From: Campylobacterota bacterium
GTDB taxonomy: Bacteria; Campylobacterota; Campylobacteria; Campylobacterales; Sulfurimonadaceae
Length of the DNA: 31,250 nt
Reading direction: 5' to 3'
NCBI GenBank assembly: GCA_034717975.1
Contig: JAYEMF010000015.1
Coordinates: forward strand, 25,786 to 57,035
Shown: positions 1 through 9,145 of the stretch, piece after piece
Layout of the letters: each line of letters starts with the position of its first letter
Position numbering within the stretch: position 1 is the stretch's first letter
Program-made: the position numbers and the translations under genes
The notes under the pieces: generated by a model
Told to the model about the DNA's origin: nothing
The model's input: only the letters and a program-made list of their open reading frames with translations
Database searches by the model: none

Positions 1-21
1 TCCTTCTATTCCTACGATCAT
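1..21 (-). CDS. ruvA: Partial ORF MIVGIEG running off the window: either the true start of Holliday-junction protein RuvA or another repeat copy
   Basis: M(I/V)VG(I/L)EG..KK resembles Campylobacterota RuvA N-termini, and ruvA follows fapA in the Campylobacter ruvA-fapA-murJ-cysS gene order. Only 7 codons are visible. Confidence 0.5.
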
Positions 22-107
22 AGAGATTCCATTTTATCTACTTTACTCAAGTCAAAGCGAGATCTACTCGCTTTTTTGTTGAGATATCCTTCTATTCCTA
101 CGATCAT
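18..107 (-). CDS. 29-aa mini-ORF, repeat copy 2 (identical to copy 1)
   Basis: Same translation, with ATGA overlaps at both ends. Confidence 0.5.
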   Translation of the reverse strand: MIVGIEGYLNKKASRSRFDLSKVDKMESL

Positions 108-193
108 AGAGATTCCATTTTATCTACTTTACTCAAGTCAAAGCGAGATCTACTCGCTTTTTTGTTGAGATATCCTTCTATTCCTACGATCAT
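104..193 (-). CDS. 29-aa mini-ORF, repeat copy 1 (RuvA-like N-terminus MIVGIEGYLNKK plus an insert-derived tail)
   Basis: Translates MIVGIEGYLNKKASRSRFDLSKVDKMESL*. Its ATG overlaps the fapA stop (ATGA, 193-190) and its TGA overlaps the next ATG (107-104). Expression unproven. Confidence 0.5.
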   Translation of the reverse strand: MIVGIEGYLNKKASRSRFDLSKVDKMESL

Positions 194-2106
194 TCTTGTA
201 CCGACACAATCGAAAATTCTCCACTCTCTTCATCTTCATAAAGAGCGAAAACCTCTTCATGCGTATTTTCCATAGGTACAATCATCACTTCAAGCTCCGG
301 TTCGATCAGTTTAAATACAATGGTATTGTGACCACGCCATCTGTCGTGGCAGACCACACGTGCATCAAAGATATTACTTTGAAAGGCATGATGCTTGACG
401 GTCAGCATCTTAAAATACTCATTTTTCTGTGTCAGCTCTTCATTGAGCTTAGTCATATGTGTCTGCATCTGCTGGAACTGCTTGTACTTTTTTACAAATG
501 ACGAAGGCATCTGTACACCGTTTTTCTTGTAATGGATCAAACGCTTTTTCAGGTCAATAAAGGCAGCTTCATTGCTTTCGATCAACTCGGTATATTTTTC
601 CACCTCTTTTTCCAGCTCGATAATATGCCTTTTTGCCTCTTTCACCTTCTCTTCATTTTCAGCCAGCTCTTCTTGATTTCCCATCATCATCACCGGATCG
701 ATAATAAAATTGTTCTCGGAACCTTTTAGCTGTTGTACCTCAATCTTCTCTGTCGCCGTTATTGTAACGTGCGATCCCAGGATCTCGATATGGACCTCTT
801 TGGCAAAGATCTTTCCGCCGATAGCCTGTGCCACTGTTACGACTTCACCTTCAACCGTACCATGTTCAAGTCGTGTTATATGCACATTTTTACCACGCGC
901 CATACCTTTGTGGATATTGATCTTCAGCTCATCAGCAACCACTTCAGCACTCTGGTGAACCTGCCCTTCAATCGTCGCTTTATTCGCGCGCAGCTTGGAG
1001 CTGGAACCGACATTGCCATCAATATTGATCTCATTGACTTCAACGTCCATTCCCATACCGATCGCATCTTTGAAGACATCAGCCTCTTTAACGTTAATGG
1101 CAACATCAGCATCGAGTCCACTCTCGATCGAACCCGTCGTCTTGAAACTGATCTCGGACACTTCCATTTCAGTGTTGATGTCGTAGCTGTTGCCCTCGAA
1201 AGTAACATAGCCGCTCTGTTTTGCCCGGTATTCGACTTTATCGTCTGCTTCTATCTTTTCGATCTTGTCACTGATGCTGAAATCCGGTGCATGTTCAACA
1301 ATCGGTTCAGCAGGCACCAGGTACTCGCCACGGCAGTTTCGCCCGGCTTCACCAAGTTTGGGCTTGACATACTCAATCAACAGCTCATTTTCAACGGTAC
1401 TGACGAGATAGCCCCGCTTGGAGTAATCGACACGGTCCTGAGTGTCTTTGCCGCTGCTCTGCTTCTTATCATAGTGCAAAATCAACGCGTCATTGATCGT
1501 CATTACCGGTTCAATCCCCTGAGCAATCAGAAGCATCTCTTTCTCATCAAATGTCATCGTCTTACTCACACGGGTCCGTGCTACAAGGCCCTCGACAACA
1601 GCTTTCATCGGCTCATCAAAAAGGCTGATCATAAGGTTTGCGCGCAGCTTCTTTTTATTGATCAGCTTGACAAGTGATGCTTCCATCCCTTCAAAATAGG
1701 TCACTTTTGATCCGGGTCTAATGGTCAGGTAAACTTTGGTAAGTGCAGCGTTGGCACCAACGGCGATATTGAAAGATGAAAAGGGATCAGGCTCTGTAAT
1801 AGTAAAAATTTCAATCTCATAGAGCTGTTTTATCTCAAAAACAGGGTTAAGCATCATATTTCCGTCACTGATCTGCGCAACTTCGTCACTTGATAGCTCT
1901 TCCCATTCGCTATCCTTGCCCTCTGCACCTACCCGCGTCTTGGTCTGTACATCAAGGATATTAAAATCAAGGGTAGCGACATCAACATCATTGCCGGCTG
2001 CGACACTCATCAGCTCTTTGGCAACGTTTTCTGTACGTACAACAACCGAACGGATAACTTTTGCTACTGCTTCTTCCGACTTTTTCTTCTTGCCAAAAAG
2101 TGCCAT
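190..2106 (-). CDS. Flagellar assembly protein A family (DUF342/FapA)
   Basis: About 638 aa with RVDYSKRGY, KPKLGEAGRNCRGE and ISFKTTGSI motifs, a beta-helix-like region and a coiled coil; divergent from murJ as in Campylobacter. ATG at 2106 has AAGGG upstream (the track starts at GTG 2109). Confidence 0.85.
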   Translation of the reverse strand: MALFGKKKKSEEAVAKVIRSVVVRTENVAKELMSVAAGNDVDVATLDFNILDVQTKTRVGAEGKDSEWEELSSDEVAQISDGNMMLNPVFEIKQLYEIEIFTITEPDPFSSFNIAVGANAALTKVYLTIRPGSKVTYFEGMEASLVKLINKKKLRANLMISLFDEPMKAVVEGLVARTRVSKTMTFDEKEMLLIAQGIEPVMTINDALILHYDKKQSSGKDTQDRVDYSKRGYLVSTVENELLIEYVKPKLGEAGRNCRGEYLVPAEPIVEHAPDFSISDKIEKIEADDKVEYRAKQSGYVTFEGNSYDINTEMEVSEISFKTTGSIESGLDADVAINVKEADVFKDAIGMGMDVEVNEINIDGNVGSSSKLRANKATIEGQVHQSAEVVADELKINIHKGMARGKNVHITRLEHGTVEGEVVTVAQAIGGKIFAKEVHIEILGSHVTITATEKIEVQQLKGSENNFIIDPVMMMGNQEELAENEEKVKEAKRHIIELEKEVEKYTELIESNEAAFIDLKKRLIHYKKNGVQMPSSFVKKYKQFQQMQTHMTKLNEELTQKNEYFKMLTVKHHAFQSNIFDARVVCHDRWRGHNTIVFKLIEPELEVMIVPMENTHEEVFALYEDEESGEFSIVSVQE

Positions 2107-2219
2107 CACTGCCCTTACTGAGTATTGTGATGCTTATTTTAATCACTTATTTGTTAAAATTTTGTAAAGACCCCCTCTAAAATCACGATTCAGGCCATAA
2201 ACAGGAGTGATCAGACAGT

Positions 2220-3626
2220 ATGATCCGAGCGATCTTCACCAACAGTTTTGGCACGCTTTTCTCCCGTATTCTCGGTTTTATCCGCGACCTGATGACCGCT
2301 TCGGTCCTGGGTGCAAACATCTACAGCGATATCTTTTTTATCGCCTTCAAACTGCCTAATCTTTTTAGAAGGATATTTGCCGAAGGCGCTTTTACTCAGG
2401 CCTTTTTGCCCGCTTTTACCCATGCACGCCACAAGGCCGTCTTTTCCATCCATATCTTTGCCGTTTTTCTCTCCTTTATTGCCTTGCTGACCCTGGCCGT
2501 CAACCTTTTTCCGGAACTCGCAGCCAAAGCGATTGCATTGGGATTTGACGCCTCCACCGTTGAGATGGCAGCCCCATTTGTGGCTATCAATTTTTATTAC
2601 CTTCCCCTTATTTTTGCCGTCACCTTTTTAAGCACTTTTCTGCAGTACAGAAACCATTTTGCCACAACGGCATTTGGCACCGGGCTGCTCAACCTTTCAC
2701 TCATCGGCGCACTCTATCTCTCCCAGCAGATGGATCAACTCACGATCGTCTCCTACCTGAGTTACGGTGTTGTCATCGGCGGATTATTGCAACTCCTTTT
2801 CCACCTGATCGCCGTCTACAGAGTCGGCCTCTCACCACTGCTTGTCGGCGGGGTCCGCTATTTTCGAAAAAAAGCAGAGCGGGTCAAGGAAGAGAGCCAT
2901 GACTTCCGCCGCCAGTTTTTTCCGGCAGTCTGGGGAAACTCAACGGCGCAGGTTTCAGCTTTTTTGGACACCTGGCTTGCCAGTTTTCTCTCCGCCGGTG
3001 CCATCAGTTATCTCTATTATGCCAACCGCGTTTTTCAGCTCCCGTTAGCCCTCTTTGCGATCGCCACTTCGGTTGCCCTCTTTCCTACCATTGCCAGACA
3101 CCTCAAACATAATGATCATGACAAAGCGATCAACTACCTGCGCAAAGCTTTCTGGTTCCTGGCTTTCATTCTCCTGGGCAGTGCACTGGGTGGCTATATC
3201 CTGGCAGAAGAGATCACCTGGCTCCTCTTTGAACGCGGAGCATTCAGCCATGACGATACGCTAAACACCACTGCAGTACTGAAGATGTACATGATCGGCC
3301 TCCTCCCTTTTGGTCTGAGCAAACTCTTTGCCCTATGGCTTTATGCGCAAAAACGGCAGATGGAAGCCGCCAAAATCGCCACCTATACCCTTGGCAGCAA
3401 TATCATCTTCTCACTGGCCCTGATCATGCCGCTGGGAGCAGCCGGTTTGGCACTTGCAAGTACCATCAGCGGATTTATCGGCTTTTTTCTTACACTCAAA
3501 GCATTTGGACGTTCCCGCTTTTTGGCTATACTTTCGCCTAAATTTTCGCTCTACTGGCTGGTAAGCGCTGCACTGCTCAGTGCCATATTACTGCTGATTA
3601 AGGAACTCCTGCATGGTTATCTATGA
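2220..3626 (+). CDS. murJ: Lipid II flippase MurJ (MviN)
   Basis: SRILGFIRD, AFKLPNLFRRIFAEGAF and LYYANRVFQLPLALF motifs; polytopic membrane protein; AGGAG RBS. Confidence 0.97.
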   Translation: MIRAIFTNSFGTLFSRILGFIRDLMTASVLGANIYSDIFFIAFKLPNLFRRIFAEGAFTQAFLPAFTHARHKAVFSIHIFAVFLSFIALLTLAVNLFPELAAKAIALGFDASTVEMAAPFVAINFYYLPLIFAVTFLSTFLQYRNHFATTAFGTGLLNLSLIGALYLSQQMDQLTIVSYLSYGVVIGGLLQLLFHLIAVYRVGLSPLLVGGVRYFRKKAERVKEESHDFRRQFFPAVWGNSTAQVSAFLDTWLASFLSAGAISYLYYANRVFQLPLALFAIATSVALFPTIARHLKHNDHDKAINYLRKAFWFLAFILLGSALGGYILAEEITWLLFERGAFSHDDTLNTTAVLKMYMIGLLPFGLSKLFALWLYAQKRQMEAAKIATYTLGSNIIFSLALIMPLGAAGLALASTISGFIGFFLTLKAFGRSRFLAILSPKFSLYWLVSAALLSAILLLIKELLHGYL

Positions 3627-5013
3627 TTCTGTCGCCAAAACAAAACGTCACTTTGAACCGATCTCTCCTGAACGGGTGACACTTTATGTCTGCGGACCGA
3701 CTGTTTATGATGACGCCCATCTTGGCCATGCCAAAAGTGCCCTGGTCTTTGATCTTCTGCGCCGCGTTCTCAGTGTGAATGGCTACAACGTCACTTATGC
3801 CCGTAACATCACCGACATCGATGACAAGATCATCAAAAAAGCCGCCGAGTCAGGTGTTGATATTGCTACTATTACCAATACCTACACCGAAGCGTATCAT
3901 CGTGATATGAGTGCCCTTGGCGTCGAACGTCCCGATCTTGAGCCAAAAGCGACTGAATCACTGGACGCTATGTACGATCTCATCCAAAACCTGATCAATA
4001 ACGGCCACGCCTACCGGACAAGCAGCGGAGATGTCTACTTTGACACCCAAAGCGACAGCAGCTATCTCTCTATCTCCCATCGTCAGCAGGATGAAGATGA
4101 TCGTCAAAGCCGTGTTGAAAGCTCAAGCGAAAAACGTCATCCGGCTGACTTCGCACTCTGGAAAGCCGTACATGATGACTCCATCAGCTTTGACTCACCT
4201 TTCAGCAAGGGCCGTCCCGGCTGGCACACCGAGTGTTCGGCAATGATAGAGAAACATCTCGCTTCCGATAAAGCCTATGCCATCGATATTCACGGCGGCG
4301 GCGCCGACCTCCTCTTCCCCCACCATGAGAATGAAGCTGCCCAGACCCGCTGTGCCGGCAATCATGAACTGGCCAAATACTGGATGCATAACGGCTTTGT
4401 CAATATAGACGGCGAAAAGATGAGCAAGAGCCTCGGCAACAGCTTCTTCATAAAAGATGCGCTCAAGGCCTATGACGGTGAAGTGTTGCGTTTCTATCTG
4501 CTTGGTACCCACTACCGCGCCAACTTCAACTTCAATGAAGAGGATCTCATTGCCTCCAAAAAACGCCTCGATAAGCTCTACCGCCTGAAAAAGCGTCTTT
4601 TCGGCCTGAAAACGACAGCAGAGAAAACCGAATTTCAAGCCAAGCTTATCGCTGCACTCAGCGATGATATGAATGTCTCAGTAGCTTATGCCCTGATCGA
4701 TGAGATGGTAAGCGATGCCAATGAAAAGCTCGATGCCAACCCGAAAGACAAAGTGCTTAAACGTCAGACCATGGCCAATCTGGCATTAGTGGAAAAGGTA
4801 ATGGGCTTTGGTGTACAAAACCCGTTTAGCTACTTCCAGTTTGGTATTGATGAAACGACAAAAGTGAAAATCGATGAGCTGATAATCAAACGAACCGAAG
4901 CTAAGAAGGCAAAAGATTTTGCATCTTCCGATGCGATCCGCGATGAGATCACAGCACTTGGTATCACCCTCATGGACACGTCTGAAGGAACGTTTTGGGA
5001 GCGGTCAAACTAA
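3613..5013 (+). CDS. cysS: Cysteine--tRNA ligase
   Basis: YVCGPTVYD, HLGH, DFALWK, GRPGWHTEC, DIHGGGADLLFPHHENE and KMSKS motifs. Confidence 0.99.
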   Translation: MVIYDSVAKTKRHFEPISPERVTLYVCGPTVYDDAHLGHAKSALVFDLLRRVLSVNGYNVTYARNITDIDDKIIKKAAESGVDIATITNTYTEAYHRDMSALGVERPDLEPKATESLDAMYDLIQNLINNGHAYRTSSGDVYFDTQSDSSYLSISHRQQDEDDRQSRVESSSEKRHPADFALWKAVHDDSISFDSPFSKGRPGWHTECSAMIEKHLASDKAYAIDIHGGGADLLFPHHENEAAQTRCAGNHELAKYWMHNGFVNIDGEKMSKSLGNSFFIKDALKAYDGEVLRFYLLGTHYRANFNFNEEDLIASKKRLDKLYRLKKRLFGLKTTAEKTEFQAKLIAALSDDMNVSVAYALIDEMVSDANEKLDANPKDKVLKRQTMANLALVEKVMGFGVQNPFSYFQFGIDETTKVKIDELIIKRTEAKKAKDFASSDAIRDEITALGITLMDTSEGTFWERSN

Positions 5014-5170
5014 CCGCTGCTTAACATTTTCCAGTTATAGTAGAACACTTTGTATGCTATTGCCAAAATCTTCCAAATAGTTAAACAAACTGTTCAGTTA
5101 TTGACGATTTCGTGCTGAATCAACATTTTAATCAAGACCATTTTAAACGTTATCCTTCAAGGTATATAAA

Positions 5171-5199
5171 TTGACAAAAGGCACACATAGTGCTACAAT
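5171..5199 (+). promoter_or_regulatory. sigma70 promoter of the TA operon with an embedded palindromic operator candidate
   Basis: TTGACA (5171-5176), a 17-bp spacer, then extended -10 TGcTACAAT (5191-5199). GCAC-N5-GTGC (5181-5193) lies between the boxes. Confidence 0.8.
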
Positions 5200-5205
5200 T
5201 TACCC

Positions 5206-5484
5206 ATGATTACATATAATTGGAATACAGAAAAGAATCTTTTATTAAAAAAAGAACGTGGCATTAGTTTTGAACAGATAGTTTCACATATTGAAAGTGG
5301 TGACTTACTTGACATCATTGCTCATCCAAATAAAGAAAACTATTTGCATCAGCAAATTTTAATCGTTCAAATAGAAGACTACGTAATAGCCGTGCCGTTT
5401 GTTGAAGATGGCAAAGAAAGATTTTTAAAAACAATTATTCCAAGTCGTAAACTTACAAAACAATATTTAAAGGATTCAAAATGA
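5206..5484 (+). CDS. BrnT-like type II toxin (ribonuclease)
   Basis: WNTEKNLLLKKERGISFE...FLKTIIPSRK pattern; 92 aa, basic; toxin-first order with an ATGA overlap to the next gene. Confidence 0.85.
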   Translation: MITYNWNTEKNLLLKKERGISFEQIVSHIESGDLLDIIAHPNKENYLHQQILIVQIEDYVIAVPFVEDGKERFLKTIIPSRKLTKQYLKDSK

Positions 5485-5765
5485 AAGAATTTAAGTTAGA
5501 TCAAGAAGAAGCTGAGCTTTTAGATTCTGTTGAAGCTGGAGAATGGGTTTCAGTTGACAATCTTAAAGAAGAGATTTCTTCACATCAACAAATTGCAAAA
5601 AACACTTTAAAAAAAGACAAACGTGTCAATTTACGTATGTCATCAAAAGACCTTGAAGCAATTAAAACTTTTGCTGTTGAAGAAGGGCTGCCTTATCAAA
5701 CTCTAATGTCTAGTATTTTACATAAATTTATTACTGGCCGCTTAGTTGACAAACAGGCTGGATAA
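5481..5765 (+). CDS. BrnA/CopG-like antitoxin with a C-terminal ribbon-helix-helix
   Basis: Acidic N-terminus; KDKRVNLRMS...EEGLPYQTLMSSILHKF RHH-like motif. Confidence 0.85.
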   Translation: MKEFKLDQEEAELLDSVEAGEWVSVDNLKEEISSHQQIAKNTLKKDKRVNLRMSSKDLEAIKTFAVEEGLPYQTLMSSILHKFITGRLVDKQAG

Positions 5766-5878
5766 CAAAGCGTCAAAGCGAAATAGTTTACCCTGCGGGC
5801 AAAATAAAAATCGCATAACCTTTTGTTCATACAATTTTCAGTATAATCTCTGAAAAATTAAGCAGGACATTACCCTAA

Positions 5879-6934
5879 ATGATCGCCTACGACTCCATCA
5901 AACCATTTTTTTTCAGACTCGAGCCTGAAAATGCACATCACCTTGTCGAATATTTTCTCCGTGCAGCCAATATCTGCCCCGTAGTTTTCAACGGATGGAC
6001 AGAAAAACACTTTATTACCGATCCGCTCTTAAAGCAGGAGCTGTTCGGTCGTACCTTCCTCAACCCTGTCGGACTCGCTGCCGGTTTTGACAAAAATGCC
6101 ACGATGATCCGCGGGATGCAGGCCTTGGGTTTTGGCTATACCGAGATCGGTACACTTACGCCTAGACCGCAACCGGGCAATCCGAAACCGCGTCTCTTCC
6201 GTCACATCGAAGAGGAGACCCTGCAAAATGCGATGGGTTTCAATAATGAGGGGCTCTACAAAGCGCAGAAACGTCTTCAGGAGCTCTACCCTTTCAGTAC
6301 CCCTATCGGTGTAAACATCGGTAAGAACAAAGTCACCCCTGAAGCTGAAGCCATCAACGACTATATCACTCTGATCAAAGCACTTCACGAGCTGGGGGAT
6401 TATCTAGTGATCAATATCTCCTCTCCAAATACTCCGGGTCTTCGTGACCTTCAGAATGAAGCCTTCATCACACAACTTTTCCAGGAAGCCAAAGCCCTGA
6501 CCGATAAGCCGGTCCTGCTTAAGATCGCTCCTGACATGGAAGCCAGTGAAGCGGTTGATCTCACATCACATGCCGTTGCACAAGGTGCTGACGGGATCAT
6601 CGCCACCAACACTACCATTGACTATTCACTTGTCGCTCAGCCACAGGCCATCGGCGGTCTCAGCGGTGCCGTTCTAAAAGATAAAAGTTTTGAGATCTTC
6701 GATGCCGTTGCCAAAGAACTCTTTGGCAAGACAATCCTTATCTCTGCGGGTGGTATTGACTCAGCTGAAGAGGCCTACCGTCGTATTAAAGCCGGTGCCT
6801 CACTTGTACAGATATATTCGGCACTTATTTTCAAAGGCCCTGAGCTCATCAAAGATGTCAATCTCGGTCTGATCGATCTGTTGAAAGCTGACGGCTTTGC
6901 AAACATCAGCGAAGCCATTGGAGCCGATCGCTGA
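5879..6934 (+). CDS. pyrD: Quinone-dependent dihydroorotate dehydrogenase
   Basis: NPVGLAAGFDKN, NISSPNTPGLR, LLKIAPD and GGLSG motifs; TATAAT at 5842-5847 and AGGA RBS upstream. Confidence 0.98.
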   Translation: MIAYDSIKPFFFRLEPENAHHLVEYFLRAANICPVVFNGWTEKHFITDPLLKQELFGRTFLNPVGLAAGFDKNATMIRGMQALGFGYTEIGTLTPRPQPGNPKPRLFRHIEEETLQNAMGFNNEGLYKAQKRLQELYPFSTPIGVNIGKNKVTPEAEAINDYITLIKALHELGDYLVINISSPNTPGLRDLQNEAFITQLFQEAKALTDKPVLLKIAPDMEASEAVDLTSHAVAQGADGIIATNTTIDYSLVAQPQAIGGLSGAVLKDKSFEIFDAVAKELFGKTILISAGGIDSAEEAYRRIKAGASLVQIYSALIFKGPELIKDVNLGLIDLLKADGFANISEAIGADR

Positions 6935-8241
6935 TGCGGATTTTCACATTTATACTTTTTACACTTCTGACAATAGGAACGCTTATGGCATCATCCCTGC
7001 CAAACTATAAAACAAAAACCCTTGACAATGGACTTCAGATCGTTGTCATCCCGATGGAAAACGACACCAATGTCATCTCGACAGATATCTTCTACAAAGT
7101 CGGAAGCCGCAACGAGATCATGGGAAAAACCGGTATTGCCCATATGCTTGAACATATGAACTTCAAGTCAACCAAAAACCTCAATGCCGGACAATTTGAC
7201 GAAGAGGTTAAAAGTGTCGGCGGCGTAAGCAACGCTTCAACCGGGTTTGACTACACCCACTACTTTATCAAATCAAGCAGCGACAACCTCGACAAATCGC
7301 TCTCCCTCTTTGCCGAACTGATGCAGAACCTTAACCTCAAAGATGAGGAGTTCCAACCCGAACGTGATGTTGTCGCGGAAGAGCGCCGCTGGAGAACCGA
7401 CAACAATCCACTGGGCTATATGTACTTTCGCATGTTTAACAACGCCTACCTCTACCACCCCTACCACTGGACGCCGATCGGTTTCATGAACGATATCCTT
7501 ACCTGGACGATCGATGATATCCGCAACTTCCACGCGACCTACTATCAGCCAAAAAATGCGATCATGATCATTACGGGTGATATCGATGCCGACACTGCAT
7601 TCAAACATGTAGAACAGCACTTTTCCGCTATCAAGAACCGTGCAGAGATCCCTGAGTTCAAGTTTATCGAGCCGGAGCAGGATGGTCCAAAACGCATCAC
7701 GATCCATAAAGAGAGTGAGGTGGAGATGGTGGCGATCACTTTCCACATCCCTGACTTCACACATGAAGATCAGCCTAGACTCTCTGCGATCTCCGAGATT
7801 CTGAGTTCAGGCAAAAGCAGCCGTCTTTATGAGCAGCTTGTCGATAAGAAGCGTCTGGTAAACCAGATCTATGCCTACAACATGGAGAACAACGATCCCG
7901 GACTCTTTATCTTTCTGGCTGCCTGTAACCCCGGTGTCAAAGCCGAAGATGTAGAAAAAGAGCTTATCAGCGAGATCGAGCGTATCAAAAACGAAAAAGT
8001 TTCCCAAAGCGAGCTGGAGAAAGTGAAGATCAATACCAAATCGGACTTTATCTTCTCGCTGGAGAGCGCAAGCTCTGTCGCAGGACTTTTTGGAGGCTAT
8101 CTGGCACGAGGTGATCTCAAGCCGCTGGAGATGTATGAAGAGCATATCAATGCGCTCACTACCGACGATATCCAAGATGCGGCGAAAAAGTACTTCAACT
8201 TTAACAAATCCACAACAACAATTTTACGAAAGGGCAAATAG
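6934..8241 (+). CDS. M16 family (pitrilysin-like) zinc peptidase, probably exported
   Basis: Inverted zincin motif HMLEH (HxxEH), NASTGFDYTHY, hydrophobic N-terminal signal. Confidence 0.95.
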   Translation: MRIFTFILFTLLTIGTLMASSLPNYKTKTLDNGLQIVVIPMENDTNVISTDIFYKVGSRNEIMGKTGIAHMLEHMNFKSTKNLNAGQFDEEVKSVGGVSNASTGFDYTHYFIKSSSDNLDKSLSLFAELMQNLNLKDEEFQPERDVVAEERRWRTDNNPLGYMYFRMFNNAYLYHPYHWTPIGFMNDILTWTIDDIRNFHATYYQPKNAIMIITGDIDADTAFKHVEQHFSAIKNRAEIPEFKFIEPEQDGPKRITIHKESEVEMVAITFHIPDFTHEDQPRLSAISEILSSGKSSRLYEQLVDKKRLVNQIYAYNMENNDPGLFIFLAACNPGVKAEDVEKELISEIERIKNEKVSQSELEKVKINTKSDFIFSLESASSVAGLFGGYLARGDLKPLEMYEEHINALTTDDIQDAAKKYFNFNKSTTTILRKGK

Positions 8242-9132
8242 ATGGAAAACCTTATCGGTGCTATGACAGCACTTATTACACCAATCAAAAACAACAAGTT
8301 AGACAGTGAGGGATACGCCAAACTTGTCCAGCGTCAGATTGAAAATGGCATTACAACTGTCGTTCCGGTAGGCACAACCGGAGAGAGCGCGACACTGAGC
8401 CACAGTGAACATAAAGAGTGTATTGCCATTGCCGTGGACGTCTGTAAAGGAACGAACTCCACCGTACTCGCCGGTGCCGGCAGTAACGCCACATCCGAAG
8501 CGATCGATCTGGCCAAGTTTGCACAGCATGAGGGGGCGGATGCACTTTTATGTGTCACGCCGTACTATAACAAACCATCGCAAGAGGGACTCTATCAGCA
8601 CTACAAAGCCATTGCATCTTCATCTGACCTTCCGTTAATGCTTTACAACGTACCGGGGCGTACAGCTGTTGATCTTCAATGCGCTACTGTAAAGCGTCTG
8701 TTTGATGAGTGTGACACTGTCTATGCAATCAAAGAGGCGACCGGCTCCATCGAGCGTACTGTTGAACTCCTGGCCAAGATTCCAGAGATCAAAGTGATCA
8801 GTGGTGATGACGCTATCAACTACCCGATTATGGCTTCCGGCGGTCATGGAACCATCTCTGTCATTGCCAATCTCCTGCCAAACAAGATCAGCAAGCTGGT
8901 AAAAGCGGCACAAAGCGGTGACCTGATAGAAGCCAAACGTCTCAATGACAAACTTTATGACATCAACTCGGTCATGTTCATCGAGTCCAACCCGATCCCT
9001 ATCAAGGCGGCCATGTATATTGCCGGACTAATCGATACCCTCGAATACCGTTTGCCTCTTGTACCGCCAAGTGCCGAAAATATGAAGCATATCGAAGCGG
9101 TCATGAAACACTACGATATACCTAACCTATAA
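8242..9132 (+). CDS. dapA: 4-hydroxy-tetrahydrodipicolinate synthase
   Basis: GTTGES, TPYYNKP, LYNVPGRT, IKEATG and NPIPIK motifs. Confidence 0.98.
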   Translation: MENLIGAMTALITPIKNNKLDSEGYAKLVQRQIENGITTVVPVGTTGESATLSHSEHKECIAIAVDVCKGTNSTVLAGAGSNATSEAIDLAKFAQHEGADALLCVTPYYNKPSQEGLYQHYKAIASSSDLPLMLYNVPGRTAVDLQCATVKRLFDECDTVYAIKEATGSIERTVELLAKIPEIKVISGDDAINYPIMASGGHGTISVIANLLPNKISKLVKAAQSGDLIEAKRLNDKLYDINSVMFIESNPIPIKAAMYIAGLIDTLEYRLPLVPPSAENMKHIEAVMKHYDIPNL

Positions 9133-9145
9133 GGAGAATACGACA

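Larger units (their letters stand above)
1..193. repeat. Perfect 86-bp tandem repeat (two full copies at 1-86 and 87-172, plus a 21-bp partial copy at 173-193); may continue left of the window
   Basis: Direct comparison: tccttctattcctacgatcat... restarts at 1, 87 and 173 with no mismatches. Each unit contains the hairpin AAAGCGAG-ATCTA-CTCGCTTT (54-74, 140-160). Confidence 0.97.
5149..5830 (+). mobile_element. Orphan integron-type gene cassette carrying a TA pair, with a decayed attC-like site (about 5760-5830)
   Basis: GTTATCC (5149-5155) and its exact reverse complement GGATAAC (5760-5766) bracket the genes. The antitoxin stop lies inside GGATAAC, which is followed by an imperfect palindrome (gcgaaatagtttaccc-tgc-gggcaaaataaaaatcgc). 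Visibly AT-richer than the flanks. No integrase in the window. Confidence 0.6.

Noticed and set aside
54..77. Hairpin as the intrinsic terminator of fapA
   Set aside because: The U-tract is on the + strand, opposite to fapA transcription, and an ORF coupled to fapA reads through it.
1..193. CRISPR array
   Set aside because: The units are identical over the full 86 bp with no variable spacers, and no cas genes are in the window.
733..1677. 314-aa + strand ORF
   Set aside because: Antisense shadow of fapA, with no recognisable motifs.
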